DNA of 64,000 bases from an uncultured Pseudomonadales bacterium (GTDB lineage Bacteria; Patescibacteriota; Microgenomatia; UBA1400; PJMF01): positions 1,618 to 65,617 of the forward strand of contig CAYVBW010000001.1 of the NCBI GenBank assembly GCA_964449995.1, given 5' to 3'. Positions 1 to 9,766 of the stretch are shown one piece after another. Every line of letters begins with the position of its first letter. Position 1 is the stretch's first letter. Position numbers and translations under genes: made by a program. The notes beneath the pieces are model-generated. The model was given only the letters and a program-made list of their open reading frames with translations. It was not told where the DNA came from and did not search any database.

Positions 1-310
1 ATCCGCCATATTCCGGGTGAGAGTCCTACAACCCCACGTAAAACGTGGTTTGGGCTTTTCCCTGTTCGCTCGTCGCTTACTAAGGGAATCTCTTACGATT
101 TCTTTTCCTCCGGGTACTAAGATATTTCAGTTCCCCGACTTACCTCCGTGCCGTAAACGGCACAGTCGTTTTGCTTTCACAAAACGGGGTTTCCCCATTC
201 GGACACCGACGGGTTAAGCGCTTTTTGCCAGCTAACCGTCGACTATCGCGGGCTATACGTCCTTCATCGGCCAAACAAGCCTAGGCATCCACTTTCTACA
301 TTAGTTCACA
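1..310 (-). rRNA. rrl: 23S rRNA, 5' portion (runs off window start; 5' end approximate)
   Basis: Reverse complement contains conserved 23S domain I motifs GGATGCCTAGG, GATGAAGGACGT, CCGAATGGGGAAACC, GAACTGAAATATCTTAGTACCCGGAGGAAAAGAAA, GTAGGACTC. Confidence 0.95.
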
Positions 311-484
311 CAAATATTTGATATTGAATTGAAATTGAACTATTTTGACGATGTTATCTTCACATGTTAAAGAGCGATGCTACTTTTTATATATTTTTCG
401 CTCTGGCGGCGCTTTGCGCCGAGATCGCTCAAAATATTAAAAAGATAGCTTTAATTTAGTAACTTTTTTAAAAAAGTTACCTTG

Positions 485-558
485 TGGACCTGGGGAGATT
501 CGAACTCCCGATCTCTTCGTTGCAAACGAAGCGCTTTAGCCAACTAAGCCACAGGCCC
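485..558 (-). tRNA. tRNA-Ala(UGC), CCA not encoded
   Basis: GGGCCTG acceptor stem with G3:U70, anticodon arm CTTCG-TTTGCAA-CGAAG, T-loop GTTCGAATC. Confidence 0.95.
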
Positions 559-652
559 GAGGCAGCTTATTCTTGCCTTGGGTTAATACTCTAGTTAAAG
601 TGCGACTAAATCTTAAACTACAAAGAACAAAACTCACAACAGCGAAACGACT

Positions 653-662
653 ATTATACACA
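653..662 (-). promoter_or_regulatory. Putative extended -10 promoter for the tRNA-Ala/23S unit
   Basis: TGTGTATAAT on minus strand about 95 nt upstream of tRNA-Ala. Confidence 0.5.
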
Positions 663-857
663 AAACAAACAACAGTTGTGTTTAACTTTTTGAAAACTTT
701 TTGGAGGGAATGCCGCTAGGCGACATTGTCACTTTATGTATCAACTCTAATTCGAGTTAAGTACTAGATATTTTATAAAAAAAGAAAGAAAGATGCAACT
801 GCAATTTGTGTGCTGAGTCAATACATACTACACACTTAAAAAACCACCTTATTCAGT

Positions 858-989
858 TTACTTTTTATTTTTCTGATTTTTTTTAGCTTTTTCTGAAAGC
901 ATAATTAAAAAATAAACCAAAATTCCAAAAATCAAAATAACAGCAAATCCAAAATTAATCGGTGCGATATTCTCAAGAAAATTAGTCAT
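858..989 (-). CDS. Small single-TM membrane protein, 43 aa (not in ORF track)
   Basis: MTNFLENIAPINFGFAVILIFGILVYFLIMLSEKAKKNQKNKK; ATGA overlap with upstream gene; hydrophobic helix plus basic tail. Confidence 0.6.
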   Translation of the reverse strand: MTNFLENIAPINFGFAVILIFGILVYFLIMLSEKAKKNQKNKK

Positions 990-1225
990 GATTTGCCTTT
1001 TAGTAATTTTCCTCCAATATACCACAATAAAGCAGAGCTAACGATACCAGAACCTAGAGTAAAAATGTCAAATTTTTTATCAACAAACAAAGGAATCAAG
1101 GCCGCAATTATAATTCCTGTCGCTACATCACGAAAAGCACCAGCTGTGTAACGAATCTGCTCGTTAGACAAATCAATGGTTTGTAGCAAAGCATTAAATT
1201 GTTGATTGGTTTTGTCAAAAAACAT
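986..1225 (-). CDS. Small two-TM membrane protein (start revised to ATG 1225)
   Basis: Two hydrophobic helices; TATTAT 6 nt upstream of ATG 1225. Confidence 0.6.
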   Translation of the reverse strand: MFFDKTNQQFNALLQTIDLSNEQIRYTAGAFRDVATGIIIAALIPLFVDKKFDIFTLGSGIVSSALLWYIGGKLLKGKS

Positions 1226-1402
1226 ATCACCATAATATCGGTTAAAACTGACATCAAACTGACATCTGGGTATTAAACAGCAGTCAAAAAACAACCTCAA
1301 CAACTCCACTAGATACAAACTCTCATCTTCGCTATACTAAGTTAAGTAGGTTTCCTGCCCTTTAAACCTCAAGGTAGGTAGTATTAAAATGCTTTTTATT
1401 TC

Positions 1403-4400
1403 ATGGCTAGCAAAAAGAAGAATATTTCCTATATTTTAAATAAAGTAGTTAAAGGTATTTTGTCTATAGCTAACTATATAGGGACTGCCTTTATACAAGT
1501 AGTATTGTGGATAGCTGAAGTTATTTGGTGGATAATAAAAAGCTTAGTAATGCTAATAGTAGCTTTGCCTAGTTTATTTAAGAAAAATAAAAGTAATAGA
1601 ACTGTATTTAAAAAGGCTTCTTCTAGATCAAGGACTGCCAATCCTTTGCTCAAGCCCTTTGCTGATAAAGATATGAGAAGAAAACTCTTGCCTGGACTGG
1701 TGGTAGTATTACTATTTTTAGTAGGCTTTGCAGTTTATAGCCTAAGACAAGCACAGGAAACAGAAGCACACTGGTGGGATGAGACGTGGCTTTATAGGAG
1801 GGCGATTCAAATTAGCAATGATAATGGGGAGGATTTAGAAGACTTTCAAGTAGCTATAACCCTAGATACAGCTGCACTAATAGCTGAGGGGAAAATGCAA
1901 GCAACCTGTGATGATTTAAGGATAACTGATGGAAATGGTAATTTAACCCCTTATTGGGTTCAGTCAAATCCTGGCTGTGATGATGAAAATACCCTTGTTT
2001 GGATAAAATTACCTATTATTTATGATGGTGAAGGTAATACTACTATCTATCTTTACTACGGCAATGCTTCTGCTGAAACCAAGAGTAATAATTCATGGAT
2101 GCCTACAGGAGGCACAATAACAGAATTAACTGATGGATTAGTTCATGCTTTTACTGAAGATGATTCTTTTGAAACACAAACCAACCTAATGGCTGATGTG
2201 TTAGTGGTAGCGGGGGGTGGGGGTGGAGGGAAAAGACACGGAGGAGGTGGAGGTGCAGGAGGATTGGTTTATGAAAATAATTATAGTATTTCTATTGGAA
2301 ATCATACTATGACTGTTGGTGGAGGTGGGGCAGGCGCTGGTCCAGGCTCTAGTCCGACATCAGCAGAAAACGGTGAAAATTCAGAAGCATTTAATTTAAT
2401 CGCTATAGGCGGTGGAGGTGGGGGTTCCTACAATGCTGATGGAGGGGGTACTTCTGCAGAAAACCTTGCTGGAAGCGACGGAGGGTCTGGTGGTGGTGGG
2501 GCCACAAATTCCGGATTCGGTGGATCTGGTACTCCTAACCAAGGAAATGATGGAGGAACTCCAGATACCTCATCTTGGCCAGGAGCTGGTGGAGGTGGAG
2601 CTGGAAGCGCAGGCGAGCCCAACTCTGGAATTACAGGTGGTAGCGGCGGTAGTGGATTATATTTTGGAAACATTTTTGGGGATAGTTTTGGAGAAAACGG
2701 ATTTTTTTCAGGAGGAGGCGGTGGAGCGGCAGGTGGAACCTCTGCAGACAATAACGGTCAAGGTGGTGTGGGAGGGGGGGCTGATGGCTCTGAAGGAGAT
2801 TTACAAGGCAAAGATGGTCAAGTCAATACTGGTGGAGGCGGAGGTGGAGTCAGATCATCATCTTCAGTGGCAAGTATTACTGGAGGAAACGGCGGTTCCG
2901 GGATTGTTTTAATGAAATATCCTACTGAGGACACTCCAAGTATAGAAACAATAGCTACAGAAGAAATCTCCCCCGGCCCGGTGGCGTATTGGAAATTTGA
3001 TGAGGGAACGGGAACAACAGCACATGATTCTAGTGGGCAAGGGAATAATGGAACGCTAATAAATAGTCCCACTTGGCAAACAGAAGACATGTGTGTAGCT
3101 GGGAAATGTTTGAAGTTTGATAGAGCTTCTAGTAATTATATCTCTAATACAACTGGGATAACTCTTCAAAATGATTTCAGTTATTCTGCTTGGGTAAAAA
3201 CTGATGAATCAATAAACGCGATAAGGGGTATTGTTAGCAACCACCATCATCCCAATCCTTGCTATGGCGCATCTTTAAATTTACACGGCTCGCGCTTCAG
3301 GCTTTATGTTGGTGATGGAATGGACAATAGACCAAATTTCACTTTTGGACCCAATATTGAGATTAACCAATGGTATTATGTATCTGTGGTGTACGATAGT
3401 GGCACTTTTCATTTTTACGTAAACGGCACTAAAACAAACGAAACTTGGACAACAACAGTAGCGCAAAACAGCACCAATTTTGTAATAGGAAGATGGGCCC
3501 CTTCTTATGGAGATTACTACTTTAACGGCCTCATCGATGAAGTCAAAGTCTATCCCTACGCCCGCACCGCTGAACAAATCAAAGATGACTACGCTGCTGG
3601 CATAGCTGGTATTGGAGCAGCCAAAGGTACCACCGCCCTATTTGGCAGCACTAAAGCTGATTTTAAACCTACAGACATAACTGGTAATGTTTTGTGGCTA
3701 GACGCCACCGCTATTTTTGAATTAAACGATAACGATTTAGTCGAAATTTGGCACGATCAAAGTGGAAGTGGTAATCACGCTACACAGTCAGTAACAGAAA
3801 ATCAGCCTGCCTATAAAACTAATGTCGTTGAAAACAAGCCAGCAATTAAATTCAACACTAATAAAGTTCTATCTTTACCAACCGAAATTATTCATGATAT
3901 ACCTGGCGCCTCAGTATTTACTGTTGTGAAATACGAAAGTCTTGGTTCTTCAGACAAAACTGTTTTGTATGCTGACAGAAGCGGAAGCGGAACAGGTGGT
4001 CCTATTGTTATTCGAACAAATACTAATAGTAAATATAACCTTGGTAGCCGCAGACGTTCAGGAGAAACTTTCCATAATGCTCTTTCGAGTAATGACGCCA
4101 CCACAAATTGGGGTATGCAAGTAGGCATTTTTGACTACCTTAACAGATCAATGATGCAATTCATTAATGGGACTCTTGATGGAGAAGTCTCAACTGCTTG
4201 GGGAGACCCTGATTTAAATAGTACTTTTACAGACACAAACAGAAGATTTGACTTAGGAGCTAGAGGAACAACTCTTTTTCTTGAGGGCTATATTGCCGAA
4301 ATCATCATTTACAACACCTCTCTTTCTGAACATGATCGACAAAGAGTTGAGGGTTATTTATCACATAAATGGGGATTATCCGAAGATTTACCCATCGAAC

Positions 4401-6538
4401 ATCCTTATAAAAACTCGCATCCTCAAAGTGCAGCCACTAGATTGCGAGATCCAGTTGCCTACTGGCGTTTTGATGAGGGGTATGGAACAACTACGCATGA
4501 TTCTGTTGGAAACAATCATGGATCATTAAGTGGCACAACATTGCCCGAATGGATAAACGAAGGAAAAATTGGGAAAGCTTTGGCTTTTGATGGAGATTAT
4601 ACTGATTGGCAAGACCATCATATCCATACTAACTTTAGTCAAATTACAGATTATCCTTTTACAATAACTGTTTGGGCAAAAAACCATAGCCCAAATGATA
4701 CAAGAATTGCGATCTCATTATATAGAAGTGCTACTCAATATTTTTCTTTAGGGGCTTCCTCTGGAAAATGGACTATACAGGCCAGAAACACTTCTAATAG
4801 GTCCACTAATTCTTCCGTTAACGCAACACAAGACTGGACATTTTTGGTTGCTGTCTTTAATTCTTCAACACACAGGGAGCTCTACGTGAACGGAGCAAAG
4901 GAAGGAGAGGATAGTCAAGAGGTTCCTTACACAGACCCCACATCAATTTACATTGGAAAACAAAGGCCCGTAGCAGTTGATTATGGCCATGGACCTTTGG
5001 CCTGGGATGGCCTTATCGACGAAGTCAAAATTTACAACGTTGCCCTCAGCCCAGAAGAAATCCTCCAAGACTACAATCAAGGTGCTGCCGCCGTCATGGG
5101 TGCTATGGGCACCGACGACTCCGGCAATCCCACTCAAACCGCCTCTGCCGAGTACTGCATTCCCGGCGACAGTTCCCACTGTGCTCCGCCGGTAGCAAGA
5201 TGGGATTTTGAAGAAGGAAGTGGAACAACTACCCATGATAGAAGTGGAAATAACAATCATGGGACATTAGTTAACAATCCCACTTGGATGACCGGAAAGG
5301 TGGGAAAGGCGTTGGGGTTTGATGGAAGCGACAGCTACATTAACTCTGGGATAGACGAAAGCTTACAAATTCAAGATGAGATTACAATATCTGCTTGGAT
5401 AAAAATAAAAGGAGATAGTGGGGGTAGTTATTCTGGTATTGTATCAAATACTCCTGCCTCATCTCAATTTAATTATCTACTAGGAATTAAGGACCAAAAC
5501 GATAACCCAGTTGCATCTTTCCAGCATAGTAGTGTAGAAAGGCTAGCTCATTCTCAATCTCTTGAAAGAAATAAGTGGTATTTTTTAACAATGGTAGTGG
5601 ATAGTTCTCACATACATCTTTATGTAAATGGTAGTAATCCAGAATCAATATCTAAAGGGAGCACTAATTATACATGGAACGATACCATTATTGGAACTTT
5701 CAGAACTAATTATTTTAACGGCATCATCGACCAAGTCCGCATTTACGACTACGCCCGCACGCCTGCTCAAATCGCCTGGGATTATAATCGCGGCGCTCCA
5801 GTTGGCCACTGGAAGTTTGACGAATGCCAAGGCACAACTGCTCACGATGCTTCCGGCAACGAAAACCATGGGACAATAAATATTGGAGCTACTGGCTCCC
5901 AGACCTCTGCCGGCACCTGTGCTTCGGGTAATTCCGCTCATGCCTGGTATAACGGCAGAGAGGGACGGATAAACAGTGCTATGAGTTTTGATGGAGCGGA
6001 TGATTATGTGGATTTAGGAGTTGAAACATTCAGCTACATTAATAATCGAAACCCCGTTTCTGTCCTTGCTTGGGTAAATACAACAAATAGAGAACAAAGC
6101 TTCGCCGGAATTTTTTCAAAATCCCAAGGAGGTTCTACTACAGCAGTGAGGTTTGACCTTCATTATTATTTTGCAGGAGAAGTTCTTCATCTGCGACAAA
6201 GCATTGGCGACGGATCGAGTACGACTAGTTTGGCCAGAGATATAAATTGGGTGAATAATAACGAGTGGCATTTAGTCGGCATGACATGGAATGGGGAAAG
6301 TATGAAATTATTTTTAGATGGTAAACAATTAGGCAATTCTGCAACTATCAACCTAGATATTGGACTGTCAACTGCTAGTTGGAAAATTGGCAGAGCTTTT
6401 AATTCTTCGTCTTATTCTTTCCCAGGCCTCATCGACGACGTTCGCATCTATAACTACGCCCTCACTGAATATCAAATCAAGCTCCTCCACAACGAAGGAG
6501 CAGCAGTTAGATTCAGCAACCAATTTCCCTTTCCCTAA
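1403..6538 (+). CDS. Large membrane-anchored surface protein: DUF2341, glycine-rich domain, several LamG/concanavalin-like domains
   Basis: N-terminal TMs; WWDETWLYRR..DDLRITD..IYLYYGN (DUF2341-like); VVAGGGGGG..GGSGIV Gly-rich domain; four PVxxWxFDE..GxIDxVxxYx LamG repeats and one LWLDA..DQSGSGNHA domain. Confidence 0.9.
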   Translation: MASKKKNISYILNKVVKGILSIANYIGTAFIQVVLWIAEVIWWIIKSLVMLIVALPSLFKKNKSNRTVFKKASSRSRTANPLLKPFADKDMRRKLLPGLVVVLLFLVGFAVYSLRQAQETEAHWWDETWLYRRAIQISNDNGEDLEDFQVAITLDTAALIAEGKMQATCDDLRITDGNGNLTPYWVQSNPGCDDENTLVWIKLPIIYDGEGNTTIYLYYGNASAETKSNNSWMPTGGTITELTDGLVHAFTEDDSFETQTNLMADVLVVAGGGGGGKRHGGGGGAGGLVYENNYSISIGNHTMTVGGGGAGAGPGSSPTSAENGENSEAFNLIAIGGGGGGSYNADGGGTSAENLAGSDGGSGGGGATNSGFGGSGTPNQGNDGGTPDTSSWPGAGGGGAGSAGEPNSGITGGSGGSGLYFGNIFGDSFGENGFFSGGGGGAAGGTSADNNGQGGVGGGADGSEGDLQGKDGQVNTGGGGGGVRSSSSVASITGGNGGSGIVLMKYPTEDTPSIETIATEEISPGPVAYWKFDEGTGTTAHDSSGQGNNGTLINSPTWQTEDMCVAGKCLKFDRASSNYISNTTGITLQNDFSYSAWVKTDESINAIRGIVSNHHHPNPCYGASLNLHGSRFRLYVGDGMDNRPNFTFGPNIEINQWYYVSVVYDSGTFHFYVNGTKTNETWTTTVAQNSTNFVIGRWAPSYGDYYFNGLIDEVKVYPYARTAEQIKDDYAAGIAGIGAAKGTTALFGSTKADFKPTDITGNVLWLDATAIFELNDNDLVEIWHDQSGSGNHATQSVTENQPAYKTNVVENKPAIKFNTNKVLSLPTEIIHDIPGASVFTVVKYESLGSSDKTVLYADRSGSGTGGPIVIRTNTNSKYNLGSRRRSGETFHNALSSNDATTNWGMQVGIFDYLNRSMMQFINGTLDGEVSTAWGDPDLNSTFTDTNRRFDLGARGTTLFLEGYIAEIIIYNTSLSEHDRQRVEGYLSHKWGLSEDLPIEHPYKNSHPQSAATRLRDPVAYWRFDEGYGTTTHDSVGNNHGSLSGTTLPEWINEGKIGKALAFDGDYTDWQDHHIHTNFSQITDYPFTITVWAKNHSPNDTRIAISLYRSATQYFSLGASSGKWTIQARNTSNRSTNSSVNATQDWTFLVAVFNSSTHRELYVNGAKEGEDSQEVPYTDPTSIYIGKQRPVAVDYGHGPLAWDGLIDEVKIYNVALSPEEILQDYNQGAAAVMGAMGTDDSGNPTQTASAEYCIPGDSSHCAPPVARWDFEEGSGTTTHDRSGNNNHGTLVNNPTWMTGKVGKALGFDGSDSYINSGIDESLQIQDEITISAWIKIKGDSGGSYSGIVSNTPASSQFNYLLGIKDQNDNPVASFQHSSVERLAHSQSLERNKWYFLTMVVDSSHIHLYVNGSNPESISKGSTNYTWNDTIIGTFRTNYFNGIIDQVRIYDYARTPAQIAWDYNRGAPVGHWKFDECQGTTAHDASGNENHGTINIGATGSQTSAGTCASGNSAHAWYNGREGRINSAMSFDGADDYVDLGVETFSYINNRNPVSVLAWVNTTNREQSFAGIFSKSQGGSTTAVRFDLHYYFAGEVLHLRQSIGDGSSTTSLARDINWVNNNEWHLVGMTWNGESMKLFLDGKQLGNSATINLDIGLSTASWKIGRAFNSSSYSFPGLIDDVRIYNYALTEYQIKLLHNEGAAVRFSNQFPFP

Positions 6539-6594
6539 TCCCGATACCTTCCCTTAACCAGCCCTTATAAAACCTTTATAAAAAACCACCCAAT

Positions 6595-7131
6595 TTAAGC
6601 TGCTTCCATTCTTTTTTCTGCTGCTGCATATTCTGCTGTAATTTTTTTAAAAAATTGCATTAAAAAGCCATTTTCTGGAATTGGATTACTAGGGTTGTCA
6701 AATATAGCACCACTCTTAACTAAAAATTTATCTAGCTCTTGATTTGCCAAATTTCTCAACTCTGCGTCTGTCTGCCTCATCCCATATCTAATCAACCAAT
6801 ACTCTACAACTAACCCTAAATTACCCTCAGGGTCAATTAATAACTGCTCTATTTCTTGCTTTAATGCTTTTCTTTTGGGATCTGCTAGCTCCTTATCCTT
6901 CTCTAAACTTAATAAAAATTCACTAGCAAATTCATCTAAAAAAATTTTAAACTCTGTATATAGCTCTTGCGAAATGGGTTCAATTTTTGCCTGAAATTCT
7001 TCAGACACAGAAAATAAAGAGTTTGAAAAAAAATCAATTGGAACATCAGGGGTAAGCCAAAATTGTTCTTCTCTATTAATTTTGGCCACTGCTCTTTGAG
7101 GACGCGATAACTCTCTTTCTTGAGAGTTCAT
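6595..7131 (-). CDS. Hypothetical protein
   Basis: 178-aa ORF with protein-like composition, no motif recognised. Confidence 0.7.
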   Translation of the reverse strand: MNSQERELSRPQRAVAKINREEQFWLTPDVPIDFFSNSLFSVSEEFQAKIEPISQELYTEFKIFLDEFASEFLLSLEKDKELADPKRKALKQEIEQLLIDPEGNLGLVVEYWLIRYGMRQTDAELRNLANQELDKFLVKSGAIFDNPSNPIPENGFLMQFFKKITAEYAAAEKRMEAA

Positions 7132-7172
7132 GTTTTAGTTATATTTATTAATCTATAATTCTATCAATACAA

Positions 7173-7808
7173 TTACTCTACACTCTCCAACTTAACTCCA
7201 ATTTTTTCTAACACTTTTCTATTCTTTTCTGCCACTTCTTCTCCTAAAACTCCTCCTTTTTGTGCTACTAATTTTAAAGGAACCTTGCTTATCTTTTGAT
7301 AAAATTCCACCTGCTGTTTAATAACTTTTTCTACCAATGGTTTTTTGGCTTCATTCACCCAATCTGCTGAGATTAAATATTGACCCAAATTATAAACTTG
7401 TTCACCTCCACCTAAAGTAAAACAAATTTTGTTTGCCAAGTGCATGCCTTTGGGGCGAACCATGTGCCCTTTAATTCCAAATTCCAGTTCTTTTGGGTCT
7501 TCAAATTCTAAGAAACCTGTATAAAGTAGTTTTTCTTGATCCGCCAAAGCTTGAATATGTTGCTGAGCCATGGCGTTAATCTCATCCCAATCCTTCAACT
7601 CAAGTTTTTCTTTGATCCAATCACTCTGAGAAGAAGCGGCAATATTTATTTTTCCTGGAAATAGTTTGTCTAAAATTTTTACCACCTCACTAAAACCATC
7701 CAGCTCATACCCAGATCCTGCAAAACCAAGACGAATGCCTTCGTTAATCTGCACGCCTTCATCACTATCAGTGATGACATATCTTGAAGGGGTGTTTTGT
7801 TTTGCCAT
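7173..7808 (-). CDS. Hypothetical protein (start revised to MAKQ at 7808)
   Basis: Long ORF; first ATG at 7808. Confidence 0.75.
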   Translation of the reverse strand: MAKQNTPSRYVITDSDEGVQINEGIRLGFAGSGYELDGFSEVVKILDKLFPGKINIAASSQSDWIKEKLELKDWDEINAMAQQHIQALADQEKLLYTGFLEFEDPKELEFGIKGHMVRPKGMHLANKICFTLGGGEQVYNLGQYLISADWVNEAKKPLVEKVIKQQVEFYQKISKVPLKLVAQKGGVLGEEVAEKNRKVLEKIGVKLESVE

Positions 7809-7872
7809 GTTAAAAAATTCTTTAATATCAGGGCAGAGCAAAAAATAACTGACAATTTTATCTAGCTAATCA

Positions 7873-8025
7873 TTATTCAACCATTGACTGTACTGCCTGC
7901 AGATATTGCTTCATTTCTTGTTCTACCTTTTCCCAATCTCCTTCAGCTTCACGAATAGCATTAAATAACAAGTCCATATCTATTAATAGCTGATCATCAG
8001 TGACAATCATTCTCTGTTTAGCCAT
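7873..8025 (-). pseudogene. Possible frameshifted or deleted small gene
   Basis: MAKQRMIVTDD begins 6 nt after TGATATAAT; another frame reads AINRYGLVFNAIREAEGDWEKVEQEMKQYLQAVQSMVE-stop. Confidence 0.35.
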
Positions 8026-8094
8026 AAGCTTATTATATCATGCAAGGGAGGGGAAAGACAGGCAGGGGGGCTGTGGTGGGAGTTTGTGGTGTCT

Positions 8095-8230
8095 GGTATT
8101 TAGTATTGGAGGGTTACGGTATTTAGTATTTGGTATTTGGTATAACAACCAGAGTGGTTGATTTACCTTAAGTGGCATTGAAAAAAACTAATTGTTTGTT
8201 AACCTTGTTAGGTATTGATACCAAATACCA
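8095..8230. repeat. Degenerate 7-bp repeats (T[A/G]GTATT) with an inverted copy
   Basis: TGGTATTTAGTATT..GGTATTTAGTATTTGGTATTTGGTAT; TGGTATTTGGTAT (8131-8143) is the exact reverse complement of ATACCAAATACCA (8218-8230). Confidence 0.75.
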
Positions 8231-9766
8231 CTATTTATACCCCATGGGCACTTCGGTCAGCACTAAGCTCAAACTCATGCGTCGTTTCTCAGGATCCACA
8301 CTGTCTACATTAACCGTCACCTCATCACCAACCTTTAGCTTGTTTTCAGGACTTAATTTACTAACGTGAATTAAGCCATCTACGCCTGGTAAAACATCCA
8401 CAAAAGCTCCAAAAGGCTCTACTCTAGAAATCTTCCCGGTAAAAGTTGTGCCTGGAGGATAGTCTTCAGCTACTTTTTGCCAAGGATCCTTTTTCAAGCG
8501 TTTTATAGATAAATTAAGCTTGCCTGATTTTTGATCAATGCCCAACACTTTAACCAGCACTCTATCCCCAACCCGGTGGTAGTTTTTGGGGTGATCAACT
8601 TTTTCCCAACTAATTTCTGAGATATGAATTAGACCCTCAACATAACCAATGCTCTCCGAAGGTAGACTATCTTTGGAGCGATGCTCGGGTTTGAGTTCTC
8701 CTTCTTCTACTTTTTCACTCAAATCACTGCCGTCAATTGGCACCTCTACAGTCATAAACAAGCCAAAACCCTTAACTCCTGAAATCACGCCCTCATAAAC
8801 ATTGCCTTCTTTAACTGCTGATAATGCCTGTTGCTGTTGGTTGAGCTGTTTTTCCTCGCTGACATGTCTTTCTGAAAAAATCAGGCGGTTGCGTTCCCGA
8901 TCAACCTCAATAGCGCGTACTTCAAACTTTTTATCCTTTAGGTCATCAATATGATCCAAATAACGCCTGCTGAATTGACTGGAAGGTACAAAACCTCTCA
9001 CTCCATTAACTACAGCAATTAAGCCACCTTTGTTAGCTTCAATTCCCTTAGCCTCTAAAGTGACTTCGTTATTAAATGCATCTTCAAAAAATTCCCACTT
9101 GGCATCATTGGCGGCACCTTTAAGACTTAAAAGAATTTGACCTCGGTTGTTTTCAACTGAAATAACTGTTGCTTCAATTTTGTCATCTACCTCCAATTCT
9201 TGAATATAATCTTGAGCAAAATCAAATTCCTGCTCAGCAATGACTCCAAAACTTTTGGCATTGATATCTAGCTTAACCATTTTGTCAGTCTTCTCTACGA
9301 TCACACCCTCAATTTTTTTCCCTACCTGAGGGACAACTGACTCATAACCAGTCATTTCCATTAATTCCTCCATAGTTTGAGGCTTAGGTCCTGATCTTGC
9401 TTGTTGGGTTAGTGAATCTTCTTTAGAAGTTTGAGAAGCATTAGAAGATTTAGCGGTCTTTGTTTCTTTTTTGTCTTTAGTAGGTTTCTTTTCTGCTTGC
9501 TTGGGTGATTTTTTTTCTTTAGCAGCAGCTTTTTTATCAGACTTTTTTTCAGTTTTAGAACTAGAACTCTTAGCAGTTTTTTTTACTTCTTGTTCCTTAG
9601 TAGACTTTTTTTTACCTGTGGCTGCTTTTTTTTGAGTTTTTTTAGTTTGTTTTTTTGAGCTGGCTGATGTTTTTTTGTCTATCTTTTTTGTTTCTTTATC
9701 TTTATCAGTTTGTTTTTGTTTAGCCTGAGCTTGTTTTTTTTCTGTTGTTTTGCTTTTTATGGCCAT
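8231..9766 (-). CDS. rpsA: Ribosomal protein S1-like protein with Lys-rich N-terminal extension
   Basis: Repeated S1 domains (RGFVPSSQ, EGLIHISEISW, FGAFVDV..DGLIHVSKL); AGGAG Shine-Dalgarno upstream. Confidence 0.88.
   Translation of the reverse strand: MAIKSKTTEKKQAQAKQKQTDKDKETKKIDKKTSASSKKQTKKTQKKAATGKKKSTKEQEVKKTAKSSSSKTEKKSDKKAAAKEKKSPKQAEKKPTKDKKETKTAKSSNASQTSKEDSLTQQARSGPKPQTMEELMEMTGYESVVPQVGKKIEGVIVEKTDKMVKLDINAKSFGVIAEQEFDFAQDYIQELEVDDKIEATVISVENNRGQILLSLKGAANDAKWEFFEDAFNNEVTLEAKGIEANKGGLIAVVNGVRGFVPSSQFSRRYLDHIDDLKDKKFEVRAIEVDRERNRLIFSERHVSEEKQLNQQQQALSAVKEGNVYEGVISGVKGFGLFMTVEVPIDGSDLSEKVEEGELKPEHRSKDSLPSESIGYVEGLIHISEISWEKVDHPKNYHRVGDRVLVKVLGIDQKSGKLNLSIKRLKKDPWQKVAEDYPPGTTFTGKISRVEPFGAFVDVLPGVDGLIHVSKLSPENKLKVGDEVTVNVDSVDPEKRRMSLSLVLTEVPMGYK

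Noticed and set aside
17-217. 66-aa ORF
   Set aside because: Antisense to 23S rRNA
1403-6538. Diversity-generating retroelement target
   Set aside because: No reverse transcriptase in the window and no near-identical TR/VR pair differing only at adenines
2412-6557. Alternative-frame and antisense ORFs within the LamG gene
   Set aside because: Shadow ORFs from Gly-rich and GC-richer segments
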